This document shows, in pieces, positions 49,889-60,327 of a stretch of 64,000 nucleotides of DNA (the first letter of the stretch is position 1; the number at the start of each line of letters is the position of its first letter). The position numbers and the translations under genes are program-made. Source of the stretch: Acidobacteriota bacterium (GTDB lineage Bacteria > Acidobacteriota > UBA6911); the NCBI GenBank assembly GCA_012729555.1, contig JAAYCX010000012.1:86519-150518 (forward strand), given 5' to 3'. Below the pieces are notes generated by a model. That model had not been told where the DNA came from. It ran no database searches and saw only the letters and a program-made list of their open reading frames with translations.

Positions 49889-51490
49889 CTACTCCGCCGA
49901 CGCCTTCTGCTTCTGGCGGTATTCCTCCTTGGAGCATGAGAACTGCTTCTCGATCTGCTCGCGGAACACGGGCCCGGAATTATAGGTGCAGAACGGGTAG
50001 AGGCGCTTGTCCGGCGTGGAGTAGTGGATGACGCAGCGCTTCACCCGCTCCACGTCGTAGTTGTAGCCGTCCATGAAATGCATGCCGGCCACCATGAGGG
50101 TCTTGTAGGTGTAGGTGCCGTCGTTGGCCCCGCGCCCCGCCTTCTTGTCGAGCAACCCTTCGATCGTCTGCCCGAGCTTGGTCAGCGTCAGGCCTTCCGG
50201 CGCCTGGCTCGCATCGAAATGCTTGTTGGCGCTCGAGAAGAGGCTGAACTTGCTCAGGTTGTTGTAGAGCGACTTGAAGGTGGTCCGGTTCTTGAGCTTG
50301 TCCGCCTGTTTCTGGATGTCGTCGAAAAGCCCCTTTATGTCGAGGAAACGGGTGACGGGCGTCGGCTTCCGGTTCTGGTCCACGAAGAAGTAGGTCCCGA
50401 TCCCGCAGAGCGGGTGGCAGGAGACCATGACGTTGGGTTCGTTTCTGAGGGCCTGGATCAGTTCGGTGATCGGCGTGGTGCAGGAGAGGGGGAACCAGTC
50501 CTCCCTGGAGGTGTACCCCAGGGTGTTCACCCCTTCCGCCAGGTCGGAGAGCGTGTAGCGCATCCGGTCCCGCTCCGCCTGGTCGATCCGGCCGGTGATC
50601 GCCACGGGCTGGAAGCTGATCCCGGAACAGACGTCGATGGTGTCCAGCGCGAACTGGACGATCTTCGGGACCTGGTCGTCGTTGACCCCCTTGACGATGG
50701 TCGGGACGTAGACGATCTTGAGCCCCGCCTTGCGGACGTTGTCGATCGCCTTCATCTTGATGTCGAGCAGGTCCTTGCGCCCCCGGATCTTCCCGTACAG
50801 TTCGGGGTCGAGCCCGTCGAACTGCAGGTAGAGGGTGTGGAGCCCCGCCTCGCGCGATTTTTCCGCGAAGGAATCCTCGGCGAACTTCAGGCCGTTGGTG
50901 GCGCACTGCACGTGGGAGAAACCCATCTCGTTGGCCTTGGCCAGGATACGGAACCAGTCGGGGTGCAGGGTGGGTTCGCCGCCGGCGAACTGCACGACGC
51001 GGCCCGCGACCGGGCGGGAATCACGCAGGGTCTGCAGCGTGTCCACGATCTGCTCGAAGGAGGGCTCGTAGATGTAGTCCTGGACGCTCGCGTTGGCGAA
51101 ACAGATCGGGCAGGCGAGGTTGCAGCGGTTGGTCAGATCCACGTTGGCCAGCACCGTGTGGCTGGCGTGCAGGTTGCACATGCCGCAGTCTTCGGGACAC
51201 GATTTCGCGTCGGGAATGGCCGGGTTGGACACGCCGCAACCGACATCGCGGTTCCACGCCATCATGCGATGAAAATATTCGGCATGCGACAGGAGGGTGT
51301 CCCTGAAGGAACCATGCTCGGGACAGGTCTTCTCCATGATGATCTTGCCGTCCTCTTCGAACACCCGGGCCTCCACGTGAACCCCGCATTCGGGGCAAAG
51401 GGAAACCGTCGTATACGGCACGTCACCGGGCAACGGATTGATGGGAGCACCGGTCAGGGTTTTCTTTTGAGACGGAACCTTGGTAGCCAT
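49889..51490 (-). CDS. Radical SAM enzyme with N-terminal rubredoxin-like zinc ribbon and extra Cys clusters (tetraether-lipid-synthase-like?)
   Basis: CNLACPIC (Cx3Cx2C) radical-SAM cluster; N-terminal CPECG...CPEHG; additional Cys clusters (CPEDCGMC, SCHPLCG). Confidence 0.7.
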   Translation of the reverse strand: MATKVPSQKKTLTGAPINPLPGDVPYTTVSLCPECGVHVEARVFEEDGKIIMEKTCPEHGSFRDTLLSHAEYFHRMMAWNRDVGCGVSNPAIPDAKSCPEDCGMCNLHASHTVLANVDLTNRCNLACPICFANASVQDYIYEPSFEQIVDTLQTLRDSRPVAGRVVQFAGGEPTLHPDWFRILAKANEMGFSHVQCATNGLKFAEDSFAEKSREAGLHTLYLQFDGLDPELYGKIRGRKDLLDIKMKAIDNVRKAGLKIVYVPTIVKGVNDDQVPKIVQFALDTIDVCSGISFQPVAITGRIDQAERDRMRYTLSDLAEGVNTLGYTSREDWFPLSCTTPITELIQALRNEPNVMVSCHPLCGIGTYFFVDQNRKPTPVTRFLDIKGLFDDIQKQADKLKNRTTFKSLYNNLSKFSLFSSANKHFDASQAPEGLTLTKLGQTIEGLLDKKAGRGANDGTYTYKTLMVAGMHFMDGYNYDVERVKRCVIHYSTPDKRLYPFCTYNSGPVFREQIEKQFSCSKEEYRQKQKASAE

Positions 51491-51670
51491 TCACATTCCC
51501 TCGTCGAAATCAGGGGCCGGGCGCGGCAGGCGCCCCACCCATGAGTTATCTCCACTTCACGCCCCCCGCAGGCGGGCAATCCCGCCCGTACGCCGTCCCC
51601 GCGAACCGGCCGGGGGCCAGGGGCCGTAAACCCTGGATTCTACCGTCAACGAGACGGGAGAAACAAGAAA

Positions 51671-52195
51671 TTATCTGTCGGTCCCGAAAGGGGAGCCGGC
51701 GGCCGGAGTCCCCAGGACGCACTGCCAGTACTCCACGTCCAGCCACCGCCCGAACTTCCGCCCCACCCCGTGGAGGCGCCCGGCACGCCGGAAGCCCGCC
51801 CGTTCGTGCAGCCGGACACTGGCCGGGTTCGGGAGGGCGATGATCGCTACGGCATTGACGATCCCCCGCTGCAGGAGGTCCGAAAGGAGATGGGCGTACA
51901 ACCGCCGGCCATACCCTTTGCCGGTCGCATCCGGCCTCAGGTAGATGGTGGTTTCCGCGCTGAACCGGTAGGCGGAGCGATCCTTGAATAGGTCGGCGTA
52001 GGCGTAGCCGATGACCTCCCCCCCCGCTTCCCCCACGAACCAGGGGTAGCGGGCGGCGACGCGGTCGACGCGCCGCGCCATCTCCTCGACGGTCACCTCC
52101 TCCTCTTCGAAGGTAACGATGGTACGGCGCACGAAGTGGTTGTATATCCCGGCCACGGCGGCCGCGTCTTCAGCAAGGATGGGACGGATGCGCAC
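51671..52195 (-). CDS. GNAT family N-acetyltransferase (PAT-like)
   Basis: AcCoA motif A region KGYGRRLYAHLL; 174 aa. Confidence 0.75.
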   Translation of the reverse strand: MRIRPILAEDAAAVAGIYNHFVRRTIVTFEEEEVTVEEMARRVDRVAARYPWFVGEAGGEVIGYAYADLFKDRSAYRFSAETTIYLRPDATGKGYGRRLYAHLLSDLLQRGIVNAVAIIALPNPASVRLHERAGFRRAGRLHGVGRKFGRWLDVEYWQCVLGTPAAGSPFGTDR

Positions 52196-52332
52196 CTTTT
52201 ACCCCTCCGGGTCACGGCGACCGACGCCCGCGGTCGCCGGGTTCACCCTATGGGTATACACCCGTCGACAGGCCGCAGTCTCCCAAATTCATTTTCATGT
52301 TGACCGGCCGCTCCGCGGAGTAAAATGAGCCA

Positions 52333-52602
52333 ATGGTCAGATACGCAAGACGCGTCGTCGTGTTCATGGTCGGCATGACGGTATTTCTTTTCGGAATCGC
52401 ACTGGTCTTCCTCCCGGGGCCCGCCTTCGTCGTCATTCCCGTCGGGCTGGCCATCCTGGCCACGGAATACGCCTGGGCCCGGCAGTGGCTGCGCGTCATG
52501 AAGGAATCGGCGGAAAAAGGAGCCGAAAGGCTGAACCTCCGTTCGCTGTTTTCCAGGACCCCCGGACCCGACGGGGGAGGAGCGTCGGCCGATAGCCCAT
52601 AA
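52333..52602 (+). CDS. Small membrane protein with PGPGW-like motif
   Basis: LPGPAFVVIPVGLAIL motif, two TM helices, 89 aa. Confidence 0.45.
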   Translation: MVRYARRVVVFMVGMTVFLFGIALVFLPGPAFVVIPVGLAILATEYAWARQWLRVMKESAEKGAERLNLRSLFSRTPGPDGGGASADSP

Positions 52603-52684
52603 ATTCCCTGATTGCAACGGTTCCCCCCCATCGTCAAATGAGATACAATGCATACCTCGACCGCGTTGGCGGGTGGGGAGAGCG

Positions 52685-55600
52685 ATGAAGAAGCGCTGGA
52701 TCGGACGCATAACCAAGGCGCTGGCGGCACTGGCCGTCCTCGTTGCCCTCATTCCGCTTCTGCTGCTGGCGCCGCCGGTCGGAAACTGGGCGTTCCACAA
52801 GGCGGGCGGATATCTCCGGCGCAGCGCGAAGATCGAACTGCGGGCGGACCGGGTCCGGTTGAACCTGTTCACCGGATCGGTCCGGCTGGAAAACCTGTCG
52901 CTCGCGGCCGCGCGCGCCCCGGGGCTCCCCCCCCTGCTGCGGGCCGATCACGCCTACGCCGACCTCGGCCTGCTCGATGCCGTCAGGGGGGTGTGGACGG
53001 TGGAAACCGTGCGGGTCCACGAGCCCAGGGTGCATTATTTCGTGGGCCCGGACGGGGAAACGAACCTGCCCGAGACGGACGCCTCCGGGGACGCCTCCCT
53101 GGATCTGCGGATTCTCCAGGCCGGCATCACCGACGGCGCCCTGCAATGGGAAGACCGCCGGCGCGGACTGTGGATCGAACTGCCCGGCTGGGATCTTGCC
53201 GTCGAGGGAAACCGGGGGTCGCGCGCGCACCGTATCACCTTCACCGGCGGCCCGGTTTCGACCTTCACCCTGGGGGACCTTTCGATCCCCGTCGATTCCC
53301 TCGGCTTCTCAGGCGTTCTGGACGGCCCCCTATGGCGCATAGACTCGGCCCGGGTCGTTGCCGCCCGGTCCACGCTCGAGTTCGGGGGATCGGTACGGAA
53401 CCTCCGGGAACTGGACCTGGAACTGGCGCCCGGGCTGGATACCGGAGCGATCGCCGAAGCCGCGGGTCACGGGGGCAGGATCGCCGGCCGGGTCTCCGGA
53501 ACAATCAGGGTTCACGGCCCGCTCGACAACCTGCGGATAGAGGGCCGGCTCGCGGGAGATGGGGTGCAGCTGGAGGGGGCGCCTCCGCTCGACCTCCGGC
53601 TTGCCGCGGACCTGGAGTGGGACGCGGCCGGGGACAGGGTGTCGATCCAAAGCCTGGACCTCGCTTCCCCGGAAGGATCGCTCCGCGCCGAGGGGACGCT
53701 CTGCACCGGGGAGGAGTGCGCGGCCAGTGTCCTGAGGGCGCGGCTCCGTGACATCGATCTCCTCCCCTTCTCGCACAGCCTCGGGCTCCCCTTCCGCCTG
53801 GCCGGCCGGGCGGGGGGGACGGTCTCCGTCGAGTGGAGGGGGAAGCCCGTACCTGCAAACCTCCGCGCCGACGCCTCCCTCGAACTCGGGAGCACCCGCC
53901 CGGCGCCGGAAGCCGATCTTCTCCCTGTCTCCGCGACGGTCGACGCGGAGTACGCATCCGGCCGGCTGCGGGGACGGATACGCTCGCTCTCGGTCCTGGG
54001 TGCGCGCGCGGCCGGCGAGTTTTCCCTCCGGTCTTTTCGCACCCTCGAGGGGCGCCTCCAGGGGGAGGCCGCCGACCTGGACGATTCCGCGCAGCAGCTC
54101 GCGCGCTTTCTGGGAAAGCCGGGATCCCGCGCGGGGGTCAGCCTGGCCGGCAACCTGGACTTTGACGTCCGGGCCTCGGGGGAACTGGACGACCTGGAGA
54201 TCGAGGCCAGGCTGGACGCCCCGTCGCTCGCGGTCGCGGGCCTCGGGGGGATGGGGACCGAGGCGCGCGCCGTCTACCGAAACGGGGTCCTCTCGTTTCA
54301 GAACAACCTGCGTCTTCCCGGCGAGAGCCTGCTGGAGACCCAGGGCACGCTCGATTTCGGAGGGGAGGAGCCCCGCTTGCGCCTCGCGGCCAAATCCGCG
54401 GCCCCGGTGCCGCTCGAGGTCCTCAACTCCCTGCTCGGGCGCTCGATTCCGATGTCGGGCACCCTGGAGACCTCGCTGCGCCTGGACGGCCCCGTCGACA
54501 ACCTCGCCGGGGATCTCTCCATCACCGGAGAAGCCCTCTCCCTGTACGCACTGCCCCTGGGACGGCTGGACATCCTCCTCGGCCTGGCCGACCGGGAGAT
54601 CCGGTCCAGCCGCATACGGTTGTCGCGGAGTCCCGAGCATCCATCGAGCGATCTGCTGGCGGCCCGCGTTTCCTACGCCCTGGACAGCGGCCGCTACGAA
54701 CTCGAGGCGGAGGGGACGGGGCTGGCCCTCGTCCCCGCGCACCTTCCCGGCGGAGCCCAAATCAACGGGACCCTCTCGCTCGAGGCTTCGGGAACGGGGA
54801 CGATCGAAAATCCTTCCTTCGACCTCGAAATCGGATCGAACGACCTGCACGCATGGCGCCAACCCCTGGGCCCGGTTTCGGTCACGGCCCGGATCCGGGG
54901 GAAGGAAGCCGGCATCCGGGCGCTGGCACCCGATCTGGATCTTTCCTCCGACGCCACCCTGACACTGAGGGCCCCCTGGCCCTTCCGGGTCACCGTCGAG
55001 GCGCGGGACTCCGACCTGGCCGCCGCCGGACTCGAGTGGCGCGGCCGGCCGGTGACCGGGTCGCTCAGGGCGGACATCTCGGGTTCCGGAGAGTTGGGCG
55101 ACCTGGAGGCGTCCCGGATCGAGGCGCTGATCGAAGAGGTGACGGCGCGGGCGGGCGAACTCGAGGTGCGCACCGGGGCGCCGGCCGGAATCCACTATCG
55201 GGGCCGCTCCCTGGAGTTCGCACCGCCCCTCGCCCTGGCCGTCGGCCGTTCGGCGATCGAGCTCGGCGGCCGCCTCCCCGTCCGGGCGGGGGCGCCGGCC
55301 GGAACCGTCGACCTGAAAGGGCGGCTCGACCTGGCGGACACCGGAACAGTCTTCACCCCCCCAGAAGGGTTCGGGCTCGAAGGAGTCCTCGATCTCGACC
55401 TGGTGCTCTCCGGCGCCTACGGGGATTTTGCCGTCACGGGCGGATTCGGCCTGGACGACGGAACGATACGCATTCCCAGGGCCGCCGCACCCATGACGGA
55501 AGCCTCCGTCCGGGGAAAGATCGAGAGCGGGGTGCTGGTCCTCGAGCGGGCGGGCGCGAAATGGGGGAGAGGCCGCATCGGGCTCTCGGGCACCGTCCCC

Positions 55601-58600
55601 CTCGGGTTGCTGCCCGAAGACCTTCCCCTGGAATTTGCGCGCGGGACAGGGCCGGCCGAGTTCGTCCTCGACGTTGAAGATTTCGCCCCGGAAGCGACGG
55701 GGTTCCTTCCCGAGGGAATTTCGGGCCTGGTTTCGCTCCGCGCCACGGGGCGCGCCGACCATCCGGACCTCCAGGCCCTGGACGGCGAAATCCGGTTCGG
55801 CGCCCTGGACCTCAAGGTCGACACCATCGGCTTCAGCCAGGCGGAACCGGTCCTGATCGAAATCCGCCGCGGCGTCGCCACCATCGCCCGACTGGCGCTC
55901 TCCGGGCCGGAAACCCGTATCGAGGCGTCCGGAACGGCGGGAGTGTACCCGCGGGGGCCGCTGGACCTCGCCGTCGAAGGCTCCCTCGACGCCGGGCTGC
56001 TCGGCGTTTTCAGCGAGGGGGTGAAAACGGCGGGCGAACTGCGGATCGACGCGCGGGTCGCGGGCTCGCTCGACGCCCCGGTGCTTTCGGGCCGGGCGGA
56101 AATGGACAACGGGAAGCTGGCCCTCCAATCCCCCCGGATCGCGGCCGACGACCTGAAGATGCGGCTGGACCTCACCTCCGATTCCATCATCGTGCGCGAA
56201 CTCACCGGCGTCCTCAACGGCGGCGCCATGTCGGTCGAGGGTTCGATCGGGTACCGTGACGGAATCCTCAACGGCATAGATCTCGAGGCGCGCGTGCAGG
56301 ACGTCTTCCTCGAATTCCCCGAGGGGCTGAAATCGGCGTCGAGCGGGAACCTGACCATGAAATCGGGGGAAGACACCATCGTCGTCGGCGGCAGCCTGCG
56401 GATCATGGAAAGCGCCTACCGGGAATCGATCGAAGTCGGGGGGCAGCTGATCAACTACCTGAAATCGCAGCAGGTGGTGACCCTCGACGAGGAACCCAAT
56501 CCCTTCCTGGACCGGCTCCGGTTCGACATCGCCGTCCGCACCTCGACCCCGCTGCTGGTGCAGAACAACATCGCCAGGGTCGAAGCCTCCGCCACCAATC
56601 TCCGCCTTGTCGGAAGTTATGCCGACCCCTCGGTCGTCGGCCGCGTCACCCTCGGCGAGGGGGGGGAGATCGTCCTGAACCAGCAAAGCTACTACATCAA
56701 CCGGGGGGTGATCACCCTGGTGAACCAGAGCCGCATCGAACCGGAATTCAACATCCAGGCGCAGACGAAGATCGACATCTACGAGATCACGCTCCAGCTG
56801 ATCGGGAACCCCGAACGGATGTCCACCCTGCTCTCTTCCGACCCGCCGCTTTCGGAGAGGGACATCCTCTCGCTCCTCCTCACGGGCAAGACCATCGCCG
56901 AGACCCAGGGGCGCGAAATGCAGATGGCCCGGACCCAGGCGCTGTCGCTGATCGCCGGACAGGCGGGTGCGGGAGTCACCAACGAGGCGCGCAAGGCGCT
57001 CCACCTGAGCACCTTCCGGATCGACCCGGGGCTGATCGCCTCGGAATCCAACCCGGGGGCCCGCCTGACGATCGGGGAGGACGTCACGCGCGACCTCAGC
57101 CTCGTCTATTCCATGAACCTCGTCAACGGGGGGGACCAGATCTGGGCGGCCGAGTACGATATCGGCCGGCGCCTCTCGACCCAGGCCACCAAGCAGCAGG
57201 ACAACAGCTACCGCTTCGAGTTCCGCCATGACCTCCGCTTCGGGGGCGCGGGGGCGCGCCGCGGGGCGCGGCGGCAGGCGGCCCGGTTCGAGATCGGATC
57301 GGTCCATTTCCAGGGGGAGGAGGCGCACTCCGAAAAGGACCTTATGGACCGGTTCAAGAACAAGGCGGGCGACCGGTACGAGTTTCAGAAAGTCCAGAAA
57401 GGGCTGGACCGCCTGCACGACTTCTACTTCAGCCAGGACCGCCTGGAAGCCGATATCCGGCTCCAGCGCGAAACCGGGGACAGGACCGTCGACCTGAAGG
57501 TCGGCATCGACCCCGGGCCGGTGGTGCAGTTCGACTACGGCTCCTTCCCCCTAGGCAAGGATGTACGCGAGCAGGTCGCCAGGGCGTGGGCGGACGGGGT
57601 TTTCGAGGCCGAAAGACTGGACGAGGCGGCGCTCGTCATCCGCCGCTCCCTGACCGAAAGCGGCTTCCTCCAGGCCACGGTCGCTGCTGAAATGGCGGAG
57701 GCGGACGGGCGGAAGCAGGTCCGGTTCACCATCGACTCCGGCCCCCGGTACGCCGAGATTCCCCTCTCCTTCCCGGGGGCAAAGGGGATTTCCCCCGGCG
57801 CCCTCGGCGAACTCGTGGAGGACGCCGACCTGGAGCGCGAGATCTACGTCAACCCGAAAAAGGTGGCCGATTTTCTCCGGCGCTACTACCGCAACCGCGG
57901 GTACCTCCAGGCGGAGGTCTCCCCGCCGCAGTTCCGGCCGGCCGCACGGGAAACGGTGATCGCGGTTACCGAGGGGCCGCTGTTCGTGATCGGCGAGCTC
58001 GAGTTCTCCGGCAACAAGGTCTTCAGCTACGACGAACTCTGGATGGTCATCCCCACCTCGAGCGGCAGCGTCTACAACCCGGACTCGCTGAGGGAATCGG
58101 TCCGGGAGATGGAGAACCTCTACCACGGCCGGGGGTACAACGACGTCACCATCACCTTCCGGGTAGTCCAGGACACCTCCAGGACCCGGGCCGACGTGAA
58201 CTTCCAGATCACCGAACGGCGGCAGTCGGTCATCCGCGATATCGTGATCGAGGGGAACCGGGACACCCGGCCGGGATTCGTCACCCGGCAGATCGACTTC
58301 CGGGTCGGCGACCCCCTGGATTACGAAAAGATCAACGAAGCCCGGAGGCGGCTGTACTCCACGGGGGTGTACACGACCGTCGATTTCCAGATGGAGGAAC
58401 TCCCCTCCGAGGCGCCGGCCCCGGAGCGAAAGGAGATGCGGGTGCGGGTCCGGCTGCGCGAGACCCAACCCTACCGCCTGCAGTACGGGCTCTTCTACGA
58501 TACCGACCGCGGCGTCGGCGGCCTGGTGGAGGCGCAGCACCTGAACCTCCTGGGGCGGGCGACCAACCTCGGCCTCCGCCTCCGCTACGACTCCGACCTC

Positions 58601-59491
58601 AAGGAGGGGCGGCTGTACTATCACCAGCCCTTCGTGACCCGGCTCCACCTCAAGATGGACGCCAGCGCGTTCTGGCAGCAGGAGACCCGCTCCTTCTTCT
58701 CGGCGAAGCGGATCGGGTTCTCCCTGATGCAGGAGCGGGAGCTTCCTCGGGAGTTCCGCCTCGATTACGGCTACCGCTACGACCATGTCCGCTGGAACGG
58801 ACTGCCGCCCGACCCGATCCTCTTCCAGGCCAGCGACCCCGTCGCCCGGCTGACCGGGACCCTGACCCGCGACACGCGCGACAGCGTGCTCGACCCCACG
58901 CGCGGCGAGTTCACCTCCCAGACGTTCGAATTCGGCCCCCGCTGGCTCGGGTCCGAGGTCGGTTTCGCCCGTTACTCGGGGCAGTATTTCCGCTACTTCC
59001 CCCTGGACAAGTACCTGGGGAAACCGATCGTGGACCGAAAGGGGGAACCGCTGCCGACGAACTTCGTCTACGCCGCGGCGCTGCGCCTGGGGCTGACGTC
59101 CCCCTTCGGGAAAAAATCGCTGATCGCGCCCGAGCGCTTCTTCGCCGGGGGCGGCACCACCATGAGGGGGTTCGAGCAGGACCTGATGGGGCCGGTGGAG
59201 GAGCAGCCGGACGGCAGCCTGCGGCCGAGCGGGGGGGAAGCCATGTTCCTGCTCAACAACGAACTCCGCTTCCCGATCGTGGGCATCCTCCAGGGGGTGG
59301 CGTTCCTCGACATCGGCAACGTCTACAGGAAACTGACCGACTTCGATTTCACCCTGCGCAAGACGGCCGGGGCGGGGCTCCGGCTGAAGATCCGGTCGAT
59401 CCCCCTGAGGTTCGACTACGGGTTCAAGCTCGACCGGAAAACGGGCGAGAGCGGGGGCGAATTCTTCTTCAGCATCGGGCAGGCGTTCTAG
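52685..59491 (+). CDS. Single-chain TamB-like / TamA(Omp85)-like fusion protein (translocation and assembly module)
   Basis: N-terminal signal-anchor then ~1500 aa TamB/AsmA-like beta-rich repeats ending in DUF490-like region; then POTRA repeats and Omp85 barrel motifs (FFAGGGTTMRGF, FLLNNELRFP) ending in C-terminal Phe; one uninterrupted 2268-codon ORF. Confidence 0.7.
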   Translation: MKKRWIGRITKALAALAVLVALIPLLLLAPPVGNWAFHKAGGYLRRSAKIELRADRVRLNLFTGSVRLENLSLAAARAPGLPPLLRADHAYADLGLLDAVRGVWTVETVRVHEPRVHYFVGPDGETNLPETDASGDASLDLRILQAGITDGALQWEDRRRGLWIELPGWDLAVEGNRGSRAHRITFTGGPVSTFTLGDLSIPVDSLGFSGVLDGPLWRIDSARVVAARSTLEFGGSVRNLRELDLELAPGLDTGAIAEAAGHGGRIAGRVSGTIRVHGPLDNLRIEGRLAGDGVQLEGAPPLDLRLAADLEWDAAGDRVSIQSLDLASPEGSLRAEGTLCTGEECAASVLRARLRDIDLLPFSHSLGLPFRLAGRAGGTVSVEWRGKPVPANLRADASLELGSTRPAPEADLLPVSATVDAEYASGRLRGRIRSLSVLGARAAGEFSLRSFRTLEGRLQGEAADLDDSAQQLARFLGKPGSRAGVSLAGNLDFDVRASGELDDLEIEARLDAPSLAVAGLGGMGTEARAVYRNGVLSFQNNLRLPGESLLETQGTLDFGGEEPRLRLAAKSAAPVPLEVLNSLLGRSIPMSGTLETSLRLDGPVDNLAGDLSITGEALSLYALPLGRLDILLGLADREIRSSRIRLSRSPEHPSSDLLAARVSYALDSGRYELEAEGTGLALVPAHLPGGAQINGTLSLEASGTGTIENPSFDLEIGSNDLHAWRQPLGPVSVTARIRGKEAGIRALAPDLDLSSDATLTLRAPWPFRVTVEARDSDLAAAGLEWRGRPVTGSLRADISGSGELGDLEASRIEALIEEVTARAGELEVRTGAPAGIHYRGRSLEFAPPLALAVGRSAIELGGRLPVRAGAPAGTVDLKGRLDLADTGTVFTPPEGFGLEGVLDLDLVLSGAYGDFAVTGGFGLDDGTIRIPRAAAPMTEASVRGKIESGVLVLERAGAKWGRGRIGLSGTVPLGLLPEDLPLEFARGTGPAEFVLDVEDFAPEATGFLPEGISGLVSLRATGRADHPDLQALDGEIRFGALDLKVDTIGFSQAEPVLIEIRRGVATIARLALSGPETRIEASGTAGVYPRGPLDLAVEGSLDAGLLGVFSEGVKTAGELRIDARVAGSLDAPVLSGRAEMDNGKLALQSPRIAADDLKMRLDLTSDSIIVRELTGVLNGGAMSVEGSIGYRDGILNGIDLEARVQDVFLEFPEGLKSASSGNLTMKSGEDTIVVGGSLRIMESAYRESIEVGGQLINYLKSQQVVTLDEEPNPFLDRLRFDIAVRTSTPLLVQNNIARVEASATNLRLVGSYADPSVVGRVTLGEGGEIVLNQQSYYINRGVITLVNQSRIEPEFNIQAQTKIDIYEITLQLIGNPERMSTLLSSDPPLSERDILSLLLTGKTIAETQGREMQMARTQALSLIAGQAGAGVTNEARKALHLSTFRIDPGLIASESNPGARLTIGEDVTRDLSLVYSMNLVNGGDQIWAAEYDIGRRLSTQATKQQDNSYRFEFRHDLRFGGAGARRGARRQAARFEIGSVHFQGEEAHSEKDLMDRFKNKAGDRYEFQKVQKGLDRLHDFYFSQDRLEADIRLQRETGDRTVDLKVGIDPGPVVQFDYGSFPLGKDVREQVARAWADGVFEAERLDEAALVIRRSLTESGFLQATVAAEMAEADGRKQVRFTIDSGPRYAEIPLSFPGAKGISPGALGELVEDADLEREIYVNPKKVADFLRRYYRNRGYLQAEVSPPQFRPAARETVIAVTEGPLFVIGELEFSGNKVFSYDELWMVIPTSSGSVYNPDSLRESVREMENLYHGRGYNDVTITFRVVQDTSRTRADVNFQITERRQSVIRDIVIEGNRDTRPGFVTRQIDFRVGDPLDYEKINEARRRLYSTGVYTTVDFQMEELPSEAPAPERKEMRVRVRLRETQPYRLQYGLFYDTDRGVGGLVEAQHLNLLGRATNLGLRLRYDSDLKEGRLYYHQPFVTRLHLKMDASAFWQQETRSFFSAKRIGFSLMQERELPREFRLDYGYRYDHVRWNGLPPDPILFQASDPVARLTGTLTRDTRDSVLDPTRGEFTSQTFEFGPRWLGSEVGFARYSGQYFRYFPLDKYLGKPIVDRKGEPLPTNFVYAAALRLGLTSPFGKKSLIAPERFFAGGGTTMRGFEQDLMGPVEEQPDGSLRPSGGEAMFLLNNELRFPIVGILQGVAFLDIGNVYRKLTDFDFTLRKTAGAGLRLKIRSIPLRFDYGFKLDRKTGESGGEFFFSIGQAF

Positions 59492-60294
59492 CCGGCATCC
59501 TTTCCCCGGCCGCGGTGGACCCAGCGGAAGACGGGGTCGTGCCCCTCCTCCCCGGGAGCGCGCCGGCGCCTGAGGTCCGCGAGGTTGCGCCCCATGATCG
59601 AGTGGACGTCCTCCATGAGACGGCGCTTTCCCCCCCTCGAGTAGGATGCCAGGTCGATCGGGCGGTCGATCCGGATACGGATGACGGTGCCGGGGTTCAC
59701 CTCGAGGGTCCCGGGCACGATCACGCGGCTGCTGCCGTCGAGCGTCACCGGGACCAGAGGGACGCCCGCGCGCAGGGCCAGGGCGAAGGCCCCGCCGTGG
59801 AAGGGGCCCAGTTCCCCCGTCCGGCTCCGCGTCCCTTCCGGGAAGGCGATGGCGCTGACCCCCCCGGCGATCGTCCCGGCCGCGGCCACGATGCTCCTGG
59901 CCGCCTCGCGGGGATTTTCCCGGTCGATGGGGATGTAGCCCGAACGCCGCATGTGCCATCCCATGAACGGGACGCTGAAAAGCTGCTTTTTGGCGATCCA
60001 GCGGAACTGGATCGGCAGATGCGCCGCGAGCGACAGGATGTCGTGCAGCCCGCTGTGGTTGGCCACGAAGATCTGCGGCCGGCGGCGATCGACGTGTTCC
60101 AGCCCCTCGATCTCCACGCGGGCGCGGCTGAGCCAGAGGTTGTCGCGGGACCAGCGCCGCATGCAGAAGTGCTGGATGCGGCCGCCCCGGGACAGGAGGC
60201 TCCCCAGAAGCGACACCGTCGCCCAGAAGGCGGTGCTGAGCCCGCAGCCGGTCCAGCACCAGATCGTATACGTCCTCGCCCTTGCCTTTTTCAT
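59488..60294 (-). CDS. plsC: 1-acyl-sn-glycerol-3-phosphate acyltransferase
   Basis: HxxxxD motif ANHSGLHD and FPEGTRS motif; N-terminal TM. Confidence 0.75.
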   Translation of the reverse strand: MKKARARTYTIWCWTGCGLSTAFWATVSLLGSLLSRGGRIQHFCMRRWSRDNLWLSRARVEIEGLEHVDRRRPQIFVANHSGLHDILSLAAHLPIQFRWIAKKQLFSVPFMGWHMRRSGYIPIDRENPREAARSIVAAAGTIAGGVSAIAFPEGTRSRTGELGPFHGGAFALALRAGVPLVPVTLDGSSRVIVPGTLEVNPGTVIRIRIDRPIDLASYSRGGKRRLMEDVHSIMGRNLADLRRRRAPGEEGHDPVFRWVHRGRGKDAG

Positions 60295-60327
60295 CCGGAA
60301 GAATGTATCACAGCCGCCGGCGCGCTC

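Noticed and set aside
53330-57418. 1362-aa minus-strand ORF inside the TamB-TamA gene
   Set aside because: Antisense artefact of the high-GC coding region. Low-complexity RGP-rich translation.
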